A DNA stretch of 64,000 nt from a bacterium (GCA_020852295.1 JADZBC010000016.1:294-64293), one strand, 5' to 3'. Positions 30,301 to 39,371 are shown, counted from the stretch's first letter. Notes: generated by a model from the letters alone, not told the origin. Program-made: numbers and translations.

Positions 30301-31665
30301 ATTAGTGCTGGCACCAGTCTTGTAGATCCGCACCGTATCAAGATTGAAGTTCGTATTAGTATAAGCGGTACCCACATATATGGTCGGCGCGAGTGGACTT
30401 CGGCTCATCGTAGGGGTATTGGGTGCAGTATACGTATCCCAGTTTACCCAGTTATTGCTCGCGTGATACTTTGCCCCTGTAGCTGTCGGCTCGATCGCAT
30501 AGCGACGCCACCAATTTGTCTGGCCTTCCTGTAGGCCCTGCATATCGGCAGGGTTAATGCTGTAGGGTTGGCCGTTCAGATAATCGTAGAAGGCGCCATA
30601 ATAATTACTATCGTTACCCGCTTCACAGCCAAAATAAGCACTGTGTTGATCGACAGCATTTCCCCAATCAATCACATTATACATGTTGGGCTGGAATGAT
30701 GTGCAAGTGCCGTTACTCTGATTTCCTAGCGACATAACGTTGACGCTAAACTCGAACCGCTTAGGATCGTTTCGGTCAATCTGATCGGTTATTGGGGTTA
30801 AGCCGCCGTTACCAGCACTATTGCCAGCGCTGTTATCAAAATGCAGTACTCCGTCGCTCACGCTTATCGCCGGATCAAGCGAGGCGCTTACATTCCACTT
30901 ACCGAGATCGATGCTATTACCATTGAAGTCATCGTAAAAAGAAAATACATCCTGGTCCCAGCTGGAGCCTGCGGCAGAATTACCATAATACATGTAGATC
31001 TTAGTAACCCCCTGTGCGAGCGTTGGGATTTTAACAAAGACCTCGTCCGATGTGGCGTTTTGAGTGTTCTCGTGCCACATTGACAGGAGTGTGCCATCTG
31101 TCAACGTGAAGCGCAGATCGGCAAAGTCAGACTTCATATTGCCGTTGTATGGCACGGTAAACTTCACTGGATAGTCTGTGCGGGCCTGATCACTATTGAT
31201 GTTAATCTGCTGCCGGTACTGCCAGTCACTATCACAGGAGCTAGGAATGTTACACCAGTCACTGATCGTCGTCGCGCCGACTGTGAGCTGGTTTGGCGTA
31301 CTAGTGACGATGTTATCAGCTTCCGCGAACTGATTTGAGTGATTAGTGCCGACACCACCACTCCAATCAGATTGGAGCCAGTTATCAAAGGCCTGGGCAA
31401 CGCGCCCAAAACCAAGCGACAACACCGCCATGACTGCCACGCTCACGACAAGGGCCGAATAGTGTACAACTCGATGACGAGGCTGTTCGTGCCAATTACG
31501 ATACCACTCCAGATGACGCACCAACCCCTCGTGGGTATTGTGGACGATCACTTCATGGCCCTTTTTGATTACCCTTACAGGAATATATAAAACACCTATC
31601 AGGCCAGAAGCCGTACCGGTACTGGACATTTTTGTCTTACTTTTTCTTTTCGGGTCTTTGGACAC
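27316..31665 (-). CDS. Large surface protein, full-length paralog of 22951-27312
   Basis: Same domain order with shared blocks (QSDWSGGVG, NWYGKNHTSG, WFTDRESDS, FRTALDTR, SIIFNAL.RIFGF). Confidence 0.8.
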   Translation of the reverse strand: MSKDPKRKSKTKMSSTGTASGLIGVLYIPVRVIKKGHEVIVHNTHEGLVRHLEWYRNWHEQPRHRVVHYSALVVSVAVMAVLSLGFGRVAQAFDNWLQSDWSGGVGTNHSNQFAEADNIVTSTPNQLTVGATTISDWCNIPSSCDSDWQYRQQININSDQARTDYPVKFTVPYNGNMKSDFADLRFTLTDGTLLSMWHENTQNATSDEVFVKIPTLAQGVTKIYMYYGNSAAGSSWDQDVFSFYDDFNGNSIDLGKWNVSASLDPAISVSDGVLHFDNSAGNSAGNGGLTPITDQIDRNDPKRFEFSVNVMSLGNQSNGTCTSFQPNMYNVIDWGNAVDQHSAYFGCEAGNDSNYYGAFYDYLNGQPYSINPADMQGLQEGQTNWWRRYAIEPTATGAKYHASNNWVNWDTYTAPNTPTMSRSPLAPTIYVGTAYTNTNFNLDTVRIYKTGASTNVLFGLEQSQGGAIGSLSSATFQAGTKPYFGTLTLGQSGGGVVGVRIRTAQNSDMSDAQGFDSCNIINSGAAISTSSCVEPNEPYVQYQILMSQPAGGDIAVQSVDIEYLDDPDAPDTPANIVVKKSPSGTAIADGGWINTQNPYISWDAASDNLGGSGVAGYCVYIGDNNTDDPATTKGIITDPSPLNTGGACQYATANTNLDLASVGHGSMNNGSTYYITLRSIDYAGNVSTGSVQRSWKLDTVAPDVQTLFNAPPAATNSAVFSATWLTLGNVIEADSGFAGFKYCVTNANLGFSGCTQNDNNWYGKNHTSGRIDDVSDVFTFAEGIASTSEADADRLDLGGPFSVGVNFVYYVGVDNAGNLWNANNGSNAVVLITQHPAGAPTNLTVSPTSNSANSFSFSWDQPGFFVGAPSNINYCWSVNEPIAQDGSNCKWTGKGITQLAAGPYATLQGTNIMYISGKDDTGNFDGTQAATVEFEASTVAPGAPTNLDVADASIKATSTWRLAMSWDAPVSVGAGISSYKIYRSTDNSTFTQVGSTSASNLSFIDSGLNQVTYYYKVLACDNADACGVASNISSKKPTGKYTTPPNLTSDANQPRAENITARKASIVWFTDRESDSRVAIGTTSGQYATEEIGNSDQVTSHRVNLDNLNPGTKYYYVTKWTDTDGNTGVSPEVSFTTLPAPTVKEAAATNINVDRATINFTVSSASAVKIYYGRTDTFGGIKTLNTSTRESSYAVELPELTDGTKYLFRIDGADSDGNQYFGNIYSFTTLPLPKIQNLRFDTVEGEPSSTQRVTWETNVPSSSEVSYGPVGATPKDLINSSLTTKHELIIRNLEDDTEYSLVARSRDASGNLATSSQQVFRTALDTRPAKISDFNVEVGVRGTGASARGQVVVSWKTDEPTSSAVGYGIGTDVSAATSQTAEDGRLTKDHVVVLSDLSPSSVYQVRAISYDKARNKAMSESQSAIVGRASDSILSIIFNALSRIFGFGG

Positions 31666-31792
31666 CAGGTTAACCTTGAGCGTTATCTATTAGGACTATT
31701 ATAAGATGCCCCTTATGGTTACGCAAGCTCAAATAGCAACGACTTTTTTCCACATACCGCAAGAGTTTTCCACTGGTATTTTTTATAGTTAT

Positions 31793-31810
31793 ATGACAAT
31801 ATATTGTCAT
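31793..31810. promoter_or_regulatory. NrdR-box-like palindrome overlapping the nrdR start
   Basis: Perfect 18-bp palindrome ATGACAATATATTGTCAT matching the acaCwAtATaTwGtg core. Confidence 0.7.
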
Positions 31811-32252
31811 GAAATGCGCATATTGTGGTTCAACAAAAACCGAGGTATTCAACTCTCGATCAACGCGTAGTGGCACGCAGATTTGGCGACGTCGTCGCTG
31901 TCAGGATTGTGGCGAGGTAATGACCAGCTACGAACGTCCTGACCTCTCTGCAGTCCTCTACATCGATACAGGGGCCAAAAAGAAGACGCGCTATAGCCGG
32001 GCAAAACTCCTCATCAGCCTGGTGCGTGCCTTCGAGCAGAGCAACAAGCTCACTGACCTAGAAAACATTATCGACACAATTGAGCAGCGGCTTATGGCAC
32101 TCAAGACAGAGTATGTCACTTCGGCCGAACTGACCGAGGTAGTCTTGCGCACGATCAAGCCAGTCGATACCGCTGCATTCGTCAAATACCTTGCTGCATA
32201 CGGTGATATTGCCTCCTCGCGTGAACTCAACAAACTCATGAAAAAATACTAG
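31809..32252 (+). CDS. nrdR: Transcriptional repressor NrdR
   Basis: MKCAYCG...T.V.NSR......RRRRC..C....TSYE zinc ribbon plus ATP-cone. Confidence 0.9.
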   Translation: MKCAYCGSTKTEVFNSRSTRSGTQIWRRRRCQDCGEVMTSYERPDLSAVLYIDTGAKKKTRYSRAKLLISLVRAFEQSNKLTDLENIIDTIEQRLMALKTEYVTSAELTEVVLRTIKPVDTAAFVKYLAAYGDIASSRELNKLMKKY

Positions 32253-32278
32253 CTCCAGATTAGGAGCTAGTATTTTTT
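32241..32278. terminator. Bidirectional intrinsic terminator between nrdR and rplY
   Basis: AAAAAATACTAGCTCC-AGATTA-GGAGCTAGTATTTTTT. Confidence 0.85.
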
Positions 32279-32314
32279 ACATAGTTGTTATGCTAAAGCA
32301 TGAAGATCAAGTTG

Positions 32315-32974
32315 CTATTCGCCAGCCTTTTCTTGCTCACCCTCAGCGGCCTCTTCACTGCCCTCTTCGGCAGGAATGTTTTCCACGATCTCTTCATCGA
32401 GTGCTTCGAGCTCTTCGTCACTGCGTGGCGGCTCGACTCGCGCAACCAACTCTTCGGCATCAGTCAGTAGCTTCACATCAGCCGGTAGTTTGACGTCAGC
32501 CACGGTAATTGTCTTCTCGAAGTCATCTAGTACTGAGATATCAACCTCAATCTGTTGAGGAAGATTGCCAGGAAGAGCCTCAATCTCGAGCGCCTCCAGG
32601 TTAGTTATAAGGCTACCATCCTGCTGAAAGACAGCGGTCGATTCACCGACGAAATGCAGTGGTACTTCTGTACGGATCACCTCATCCATCTTCACCAGAT
32701 AGATATCAGCGTGGATTGGCTCTGATTTGACGACATCAAAAGCAACGTCCTGTATAAGCACATTGTACTTCTTACCATCAAGCGAAAGCTCGAGGATACT
32801 ACTGTAGCCTGCCTGATTCAAGATACGGCCAAACTCCTTGGCATCAAGCGTAATGTTCTTGTTCTCGGCGCCACGGCCATACAGCACCGCAGGCACCTTA
32901 CCTGATTCGCGCAGTTTTTTTACAGCCTTTCCTGCTTCTTGACGCAGGTCAGCCGACAAAATGATCTTATCCAT
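32315..32974 (-). CDS. rplY: 50S ribosomal protein L25/Ctc
   Basis: LRESGKVPAVLYG, HADIY, LP..IEVDIS.L, acidic tail. Confidence 0.95.
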   Translation of the reverse strand: MDKIILSADLRQEAGKAVKKLRESGKVPAVLYGRGAENKNITLDAKEFGRILNQAGYSSILELSLDGKKYNVLIQDVAFDVVKSEPIHADIYLVKMDEVIRTEVPLHFVGESTAVFQQDGSLITNLEALEIEALPGNLPQQIEVDISVLDDFEKTITVADVKLPADVKLLTDAEELVARVEPPRSDEELEALDEEIVENIPAEEGSEEAAEGEQEKAGE

Positions 32975-32990
32975 TTTTTCCTAAATCTTA

Positions 32991-33338
32991 TTATTTGGTC
33001 TGTTTGTGCTTGGTAAGCTTCAGGTGGAACTCAGCGATTTCAGTCGAAGAAATCGCGCCCTTAGCCTTAAACTTAGCTTTTTCGCGTGGCTTGAGGTCAG
33101 TTTTCTTATGGTACGACTTTGGTTTAGCTGGTTCAGCTTCAACCTGTTCGGCACCACTCAACATGACCGTGGCCAGTACTGGCAGAGAACACTCGTGACA
33201 GCTTAACTGCATAAAGCAGCTAGAATCTACCTTACCCAAGAACTTAATATCATCAAAGTGATAGCTCGCGCCACAGGAGGGACATTTATAAAAAATCTGC
33301 AGATTACGAATAAGTTCTTGAAAGTTTTTTCTGTTCAA
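32991..33338 (-). CDS. Zinc-ribbon hypothetical protein
   Basis: CPSC...CHEC. Confidence 0.65.
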   Translation of the reverse strand: MNRKNFQELIRNLQIFYKCPSCGASYHFDDIKFLGKVDSSCFMQLSCHECSLPVLATVMLSGAEQVEAEPAKPKSYHKKTDLKPREKAKFKAKGAISSTEIAEFHLKLTKHKQTK

Positions 33339-33411
33339 TGACGTACTCCCTCTTAGCTACGAGAATACCACTTTTCTCCTGTAAGGTCAATCTAAACTGC
33401 GGTGGTCTAGC

Positions 33412-34473
33412 CTACGATGAAGTGTTTTTTCGGCGACGTAGCAGCGTCAGGAAAACAACAGAAGTCACCATCAGGAAGATGAGAGTCGCAATGGCGATCA
33501 CCTTCTGTCCGGTATTGGCGATGAGTGCAATCAGCCCGAAGGTTATCGAGATCGCATATATCAGAAGGACCGCTTGGCGCTGGCTCAAGCCAACATCGAT
33601 CAAAAGATGATGGAAATGCCCTCGATCGGCACTAAATGGCGAACGGCCGGTTGCAATACGGCGAATAAACGCCCATATTGCGTCAAAAATCGGCACACCA
33701 AGCACTAAAGCGGCAGTAGCAAGCTTGGCACCCGAGAAAATTGCCAAAATACCAAGCGTCATACCGAGAAAATAAGCACCACTATCGCCATTGAAGATCT
33801 TTGCTGGGTAAAAGTTGTATACAAGGTAACCCAGAGAGGCGCCCGTGAGCGTAATTGCGATGAGTGCTGTGTCGGGTTGGTTGACCGAGGGGCTAATCGC
33901 CAGGAGAAAGACTATAAATGCCGCGATAGCCGACACGCCTCCAGATAGGCCATCGAGACCATCAAGTAGGTTGATCGTATTGGTGATGCCGACCAGCCAG
34001 ATGATCGACAATACTGTGGCGATAAGCCCCGCCCCAACCTGAAATGGACCGATCGCCAGGGGCGGAACTTTGCTCGACAAAGAAATAGCCTGCCCGAAAG
34101 GATTTGTAATCGTGTCGATACTAATGCCGAAGCCAACCACCGCTACTGCAGCCGCCAGGATCTGAAAACACAACTTAATCCACGGACTCAAGCCTTTGAC
34201 GTCATCATACAGGCCGACCAGTAGTACAATCGTGCCCGCCAGCAACAGCCCTATGAAGTTCTGCGTGATCTTAGGAAGGAGTACTAAACAAACCAGTACG
34301 AAGCTCAGATAGATCGCCACGCCCCCAGCGCGAGGCACGGCATGCTTGTGTATCTTGCGCTCTTCCCGTCCAGCGTGATCAATCGCTCCAAATTGCGTGG
34401 CATAACGGATGACGATTGGCACTAAGATCGCAGCTACGATCAGGCTCAAGACGAGAGCAGCCCAGTACATCAT
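33412..34473 (-). CDS. WecA/TagO-type undecaprenyl-phosphate GlcNAc-1-P transferase (MraY family)
   Basis: PRAGG, GLYDD, NTINLLDGLDGL, NFYPAKIF.GDSG, D.GH.HH. Confidence 0.92.
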   Translation of the reverse strand: MMYWAALVLSLIVAAILVPIVIRYATQFGAIDHAGREERKIHKHAVPRAGGVAIYLSFVLVCLVLLPKITQNFIGLLLAGTIVLLVGLYDDVKGLSPWIKLCFQILAAAVAVVGFGISIDTITNPFGQAISLSSKVPPLAIGPFQVGAGLIATVLSIIWLVGITNTINLLDGLDGLSGGVSAIAAFIVFLLAISPSVNQPDTALIAITLTGASLGYLVYNFYPAKIFNGDSGAYFLGMTLGILAIFSGAKLATAALVLGVPIFDAIWAFIRRIATGRSPFSADRGHFHHLLIDVGLSQRQAVLLIYAISITFGLIALIANTGQKVIAIATLIFLMVTSVVFLTLLRRRKNTSS

Positions 34474-36176
34474 TTCTTCACAGCCTTATCTGTTACACGA
34501 AACTCTAGATACTTGCCAAACATCAGGCGTGTCTGTGCATTGATGGCGGCTAGGGCGCCGAAGCATAGGGTTGTGACCGGTAGTAGTACCCACTGTGCCA
34601 CCATAAAGATGGTACGGGACTTCTTATAGCGGGCCGGGCGTGGCGGCAGCAAGATGATACTGATCCAGATAGTCACGAACATTCCCAGTGCGGCAAGAGT
34701 TAGGATCCGGCTCGCAATCACCGGCAATTGATGTGCCACCACCAAGGTTGCGAAGTCTTGGTTGACCAGCAGCGGTATCCAAGCTACGAAGGTCAGAATG
34801 ATTGGTGCGGTTGCCCAGCTGTAGTGCCCCTCAAATAGTCGACCGATCGAAACCAGCTTCTTACCGAGCGGAATGCGGTTGTTTTTGAGCGAGTGCTTGA
34901 CCACAAAAGCAAAGTCCGAGGCTCCCCAGGCCCAGCGCTGAAGCTGCTTAAACTGCGCCACGATGGTTTTGCGGTAGTTGTCCGATAGTACGGCATCTTG
35001 ATAGATCGGGATAAAGAGCGGCTCAACCGTATGATCGCCATCGTAGGCAAAAAATGTCCGCCAGTACTGGTGGCCGTCTTCGACGATCGTGTGGACAGAC
35101 CAGAAATCCGTGTCAATCAGGGTAGCGAGACCCTGTGCGTGAGCGGCAAAGTTACGCAAGCGATGTGGTCGTACCATCTCAATCATGGTCCAGAAGGAGT
35201 TACCAGTAGCGATTACTCGCATCGGCGCCGGACAATCCCAGATATTGTTAAAAAACATCGGGATCGGCTGATATGACTTGTGGCGCCGGTTTGGATCGGT
35301 GGCGTAGGCGTAGGTTAGGTAGCTAAAGTACTGGCGATCGACCCGATGGTCGGAGTCTAAAGTCGTCACAATAACGTGCTCTGGATCGATCTGCTTCTCC
35401 TTTACGTAGGTCAGGAAATGCTTACCAGCATAGGTAATGTTGGGACCCTTCCCTGTTTTGAGCTCACCCGGCAGGTTGGCCGGATGCTTGATAGTAATAA
35501 AATCGTAAAAAGTCGTACCAAACTCTTTCTTGAGCACTTCGGCATTTTTCTCTGTTTGCTCGCCACCCCGCTCTTCATAGGCCAGGATCACGATCATTTT
35601 CTTCAGATCATAGTCAGCCTCAGTCAGTGCCTGAATTGATGGACGAAGAATATCGATAGACTCATTGTAGGTAGCAACAATCACCGCCTGATAGATATCT
35701 TTGGGGCGCAACAGAGTCTGTGAGCGCTGATCTAGCAGCTGCAGCTCGGCGACATACTGCTGTAGGTCACGAGCTTTCTGATAGTGCTGTAGCCTTTGAC
35801 GGTCAAAACTAAACCGCTGCATAAAGCCAATCCGTTCGCTACGCTCATAGCGACGCTGATATTTCTCAAGCGCTTCATCAAGCTGATTGAGCTCAGAGAG
35901 TCGATCCGACCAATTCATTTTCATCGCCGCCTTGAAGTTGCGGTAGGCCTTGATCTGATACCAGCTCATGCGAAATGATTTCATCATCCAAAGCAAATCA
36001 AAGGCGATAATGAAATACGCAATCACGATCGGGCTGAACAGGCTCAGGATAATTGCCGCGACGATAGTTCCCCAGCTCATAAATCCTGGAAAAATCTCGA
36101 GCACTCGATAGAACCAGCGGCTATCCACGAAGCCTAGTGCCGTATAGTCGATCTTTTTTAGTCTAAACCGCGCCAT
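34470..36176 (-). CDS. Membrane GT2 glycosyltransferase (processive-type motifs)
   Basis: ATYNE, DSD, VED, QLQRW motif with flanking TMs. Confidence 0.85.
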   Translation of the reverse strand: MARFRLKKIDYTALGFVDSRWFYRVLEIFPGFMSWGTIVAAIILSLFSPIVIAYFIIAFDLLWMMKSFRMSWYQIKAYRNFKAAMKMNWSDRLSELNQLDEALEKYQRRYERSERIGFMQRFSFDRQRLQHYQKARDLQQYVAELQLLDQRSQTLLRPKDIYQAVIVATYNESIDILRPSIQALTEADYDLKKMIVILAYEERGGEQTEKNAEVLKKEFGTTFYDFITIKHPANLPGELKTGKGPNITYAGKHFLTYVKEKQIDPEHVIVTTLDSDHRVDRQYFSYLTYAYATDPNRRHKSYQPIPMFFNNIWDCPAPMRVIATGNSFWTMIEMVRPHRLRNFAAHAQGLATLIDTDFWSVHTIVEDGHQYWRTFFAYDGDHTVEPLFIPIYQDAVLSDNYRKTIVAQFKQLQRWAWGASDFAFVVKHSLKNNRIPLGKKLVSIGRLFEGHYSWATAPIILTFVAWIPLLVNQDFATLVVAHQLPVIASRILTLAALGMFVTIWISIILLPPRPARYKKSRTIFMVAQWVLLPVTTLCFGALAAINAQTRLMFGKYLEFRVTDKAVKK

Positions 36177-36546
36177 AATTCACCGATGTAAAACCAAAAA
36201 GAATTGCCGTAGACAAAATTGCCACCAGCAAGCTAATAAATAGGAGAAATATCGCCATGAGCCGGCTCTTCTTGTAGAGGACGATGCCCAGTGCCAGGTT
36301 AGTCAAGAACGTTGCCAGAGAGATTATCACCAATTCATACAGTTCGTACCACTTTCCAAGCTCGAAATTCTGCAAACTCGTATAGTGAACCGGGATAAGT
36401 AATTCGGTTTGCCGGATATGTGTGATTGACCAGATAAACTCGAAGGCAATAACTAAAGCCGAGAAAAACAAAAAGCCCACAATCCAACCATCTTGGAAAA
36501 AGGCGTGACTCTTAATACCTTCGCGTGCTTTTTTCAGCCTACTCAT
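36163..36546 (-). CDS. Hypothetical 3-TM membrane protein
   Basis: Hydrophobic helices, IPVHY motif; overlaps the GT2 start. Confidence 0.7.
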   Translation of the reverse strand: MSRLKKAREGIKSHAFFQDGWIVGFLFFSALVIAFEFIWSITHIRQTELLIPVHYTSLQNFELGKWYELYELVIISLATFLTNLALGIVLYKKSRLMAIFLLFISLLVAILSTAILFGFTSVNYGAV

Positions 36547-36567
36547 GTGAGCTTATTATACTACTAA

Positions 36568-36643
36568 TGGAGCCACCTAGCGGGATCGAACCGCTGACCT
36601 ACGCTTTACGAAAGCGCCGCTCTACCAGCTGAGCTAAGGTGGC
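36568..36643 (-). tRNA. tRNA-Thr(CGT)
   Basis: GCCACCT...AGGTGGC-T-CCA; anticodon loop TTCGTAA. Confidence 0.93.
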
Positions 36644-36671
36644 ATGGTTATTTCACTCAGGTCGCAAAATA

Positions 36672-36745
36672 TGGAGCGGGTAGCGGGAATCGAACCCGCA
36701 TCTCAACCTTGGGAAGGTCGCGTTCTACCACTAAACTATACCCGC
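36672..36745 (-). tRNA. tRNA-Gly(CCC)
   Basis: GCGGGTA...TACCCGC-T-CCA; anticodon loop TTCCCAA. Confidence 0.93.
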
Positions 36746-37181
36746 AGATACAAATTACTGGATTATTTTAGCATATTGGGCTGCCACACCGCTGATGTGG
36801 CGCAAAATACCCTATTTTATCCCCTTTGGACGCAAGAAAAACGTTTTGCCAAATTTTTTTGGCTGCTTTTTGCGTAAGTCCGTTGGGTCAAGATTTTTAA
36901 TTGCCATCATGTGTCTATCTGTCGAGATCCGACTCACCGCAACTTGCTTCTCGTCACGAGCGCTGCTATTGTTCATTGATTGCATAACTTTTGTACCCAA
37001 TTACAATTTATTGTTCAAAGCCATTTATCTAGTGTTCAAAAAGCTAATGTTTTGCTTTAAAATAAGCGTTTTTGTGTATTTTTAGTTATTTTACACCTGT
37101 AGAGTGCATAATTACAGCGTAACTACCTTGTGAATTGATCTATAGGGCCATTTCTGCTACCATATTTGGGTTATATGACGC

Positions 37182-37258
37182 GGGCTCGTGGTGTAGAGGC
37201 CTAACATGCCTCCCTGTCACGGAGGAGATCGCCGGTTCGAATCCGGTCGAGCCCGCCA
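37182..37258 (+). tRNA. tRNA-Asp(GTC)
   Basis: GGGCTCG...CGAGCCC-G-CCA; anticodon loop CTGTCAC. Confidence 0.93.
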
Positions 37259-37464
37259 GAAAAGACACTGAGCTAGTCTCGGTGTTTTTTCTTTGAAGCG
37301 TTCAAATTCCTGACAATAAAACTAAGAAGCGACCTCCCAGGTGATTTGGAGAAACTCCACCTTTGTAGTTCAGATACTTTACTATTGACTTTTGTACAAT
37401 ACATGTTAATATGTATGACTAGCTGGCAATCCGGCCTGCTAATGAGAGAATAGAGGTACCTCAC

Positions 37465-37838
37465 ATGACCACCCCAACCCTCACCCTGAACCTGGAGCGC
37501 GACCCGCTCATGCGAGAGGGCGTCACCTTCAGGGAGACCGTCCCGGCAGGGATCACCGAAGTCCGCATCGGGCGTGAAGCTCCGCTGCCGGGCGAGGTCG
37601 GTGACAACGTGCAGTTCTACTACATCCCTTGGGGCACCGTCTCCGCGGTGCACCTGATCATCCGACTAGAGGCCGATCGCTGGGTCCTCTACGACCCACG
37701 ATCGACCAATGGAACCTTCTGGCTGGAGGGCTCCGTTCCACCCCGCAAGCTGGAGAACGGCGTCCCCTACGTCCTGGAGGACGGTGCGCGTACCGGGTGG
37801 CCACCGGAGGGATCCTCAACATCGCCCTCGGCGAGTAG
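37465..37838 (+). pseudogene. FHA-domain protein with an apparent frameshift near 37789
   Basis: IGR, VSAVH, D.RSTNGTF FHA motifs; LEDGA continues as YRVATGGILNIALGE* in another frame; the unshifted frame runs into the convergent gene. Confidence 0.65.
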
Positions 37839-37915
37839 GAAGGCACCTCTCCCCCGCCTCCGCGGGTTCATTATTCGTTTCACGACGAATGAAGAGCCCA
37901 AGGAGGCTTCTTCAT

Positions 37916-39010
37916 TTATTTCGAGTCAGCCTTCACCTCAACACTTATCAGATGAACGTAGCCCTTCCAGTTGCCCTCATCGCGATAGTACGAGATCGAG
38001 AGAGTATTGTCTTTGCTTAATTCAGGGTGCAAATAGGCGGCATATATGCCACTTGGCGCCGTGTAGGCCGTCACAGGGGTCGACCAGGGCCCTTCTGGGC
38101 GCTGCGCAGTACGCAGCTCTATAATTTTCGAGAATGCTGGTACCTTGACCGACACATAGGACTTGAGCGACTCACTGTACATCACCGAGAAGCCAGATGT
38201 AGAGCCAGGCACGACAGCCTTGGACTGAGCAAGGTCGGCAACCCAAGCACTACCCGTCCAAAAACTATACTTGTCCCGATTGAGGATATCCCCCGTCCTA
38301 ACTCGCGCTACCCGACAATATGACTCCAGGCTGCCAGCCACAATGTCGCAGCCATACAGGTAGGTGTAACCATCACGCTGTACATAGGCATGCTCAAACC
38401 TAGTTCCCTTCCCCGTAAAAAGATTGTCAACCAATCGATCTGCCTTAGTCTCGCCCGCTCGCACGCGCGCAACACCAGTGCCAATACCCTCGTAATTGAG
38501 ATAGCCTGGGTGCACCTTGAGCCGATCATAGAAAACAAGTGCGCTGTCTTTTGACTCGGGCACCATGAATCCAGGCCAGATGGCGTAGCGCTCATCTGGT
38601 TTACCGCTCGCCCGGTTGTAAGCGAGCTCCTCGGCATTAAAGTCTATAAACTGATACGGAACCCCGTTCTTGTCGAGCGGCTCTGAGAGCTGCGTAGGGT
38701 TGGCATATGTGCTGTAAGCGGCGGTGTTAGAGCGTCCATTACTCTTATCATCTACCGACTTACGAGCAAAGAGCGTATCGCCAAACATCCAGAGGATTTT
38801 GTCACCCAGCGGAACGCTGGCGCCGCCGTCTCGAAGTATGTAGCCCGTACTCGGATTGGTAAGCTCACCCACCTCGGCAACGTTGACGACAGATAGCTGC
38901 GGGGGCTTAGGGGTGATAAAAGCCGAGACAAACGAATAGGCCCCCGCCAAAACGACGAGCAGAAACAATCCACCAAGTGCAACCTGCTTACGAAGCGACT
39001 GCTTATTCAT
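37916..39010 (-). CDS. Exported DUF4185-like beta-propeller glycoside hydrolase
   Basis: N-terminal TM/signal; DGG.SV.....LWMFGDT, FWTGSAW, PEGPWS, YAAYLHP. Confidence 0.7.
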   Translation of the reverse strand: MNKQSLRKQVALGGLFLLVVLAGAYSFVSAFITPKPPQLSVVNVAEVGELTNPSTGYILRDGGASVPLGDKILWMFGDTLFARKSVDDKSNGRSNTAAYSTYANPTQLSEPLDKNGVPYQFIDFNAEELAYNRASGKPDERYAIWPGFMVPESKDSALVFYDRLKVHPGYLNYEGIGTGVARVRAGETKADRLVDNLFTGKGTRFEHAYVQRDGYTYLYGCDIVAGSLESYCRVARVRTGDILNRDKYSFWTGSAWVADLAQSKAVVPGSTSGFSVMYSESLKSYVSVKVPAFSKIIELRTAQRPEGPWSTPVTAYTAPSGIYAAYLHPELSKDNTLSISYYRDEGNWKGYVHLISVEVKADSK

Positions 39011-39110
39011 GCGTGCAGTATAGCGCATCTTCACTGATTATCCTATTACAAACATTGACAATTAACCATAATAATGTTAATATAATAGCCCATCGATCAA
39101 GGAGGTGCGC

Positions 39111-39371
39111 GTGCAAATCACGCTTCCCCAGATGTTCATCGCGCTCGGCGCCTGCATGGTGTTGTGCCTGATCGGCCTGCTGCTCGTGCACTACGAGCTG
39201 TTGCGCCGGCGGCGCGCCAAGAGCGATCCACTAGTGCGCGGCATTCGTGTCAGCAAGGGCGAGGCTGCCTACGTGCAGACTGTTGAAAACACCCTGCTCG
39301 GCATCGAGTACCTGGTCCACCTCTTCAACGAGGCACCCTGGATGAAGGCCCGCAAGAACAAGCGTCGATGA
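39111..39371 (+). CDS. Small GC-rich membrane protein (orphan)
   Basis: GGAGGT RBS, TTGACA-17-TAATAT promoter, N-terminal TM followed by RRRR. Confidence 0.65.
   Translation: MQITLPQMFIALGACMVLCLIGLLLVHYELLRRRRAKSDPLVRGIRVSKGEAAYVQTVENTLLGIEYLVHLFNEAPWMKARKNKRR

Noticed and set aside
22951-31665. Diversity-generating retroelement acting on the paralogous surface proteins
   Set aside because: No reverse transcriptase and no near-identical TR/VR pair with adenine-specific differences; similarity is at the protein level only.
36795-37170. Short ORFs and a possible dif site in the AT-rich gap between tRNA-Gly and tRNA-Asp
   Set aside because: ORFs have no recognisable motifs; GTGCATAA resembles one dif arm but the second arm is absent.
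37839-38124. C-terminal half of the 219-aa ORF at 37465
   Set aside because: Runs through a hairpin and overlaps the convergent DUF4185-like gene; an artefact of the frameshift.
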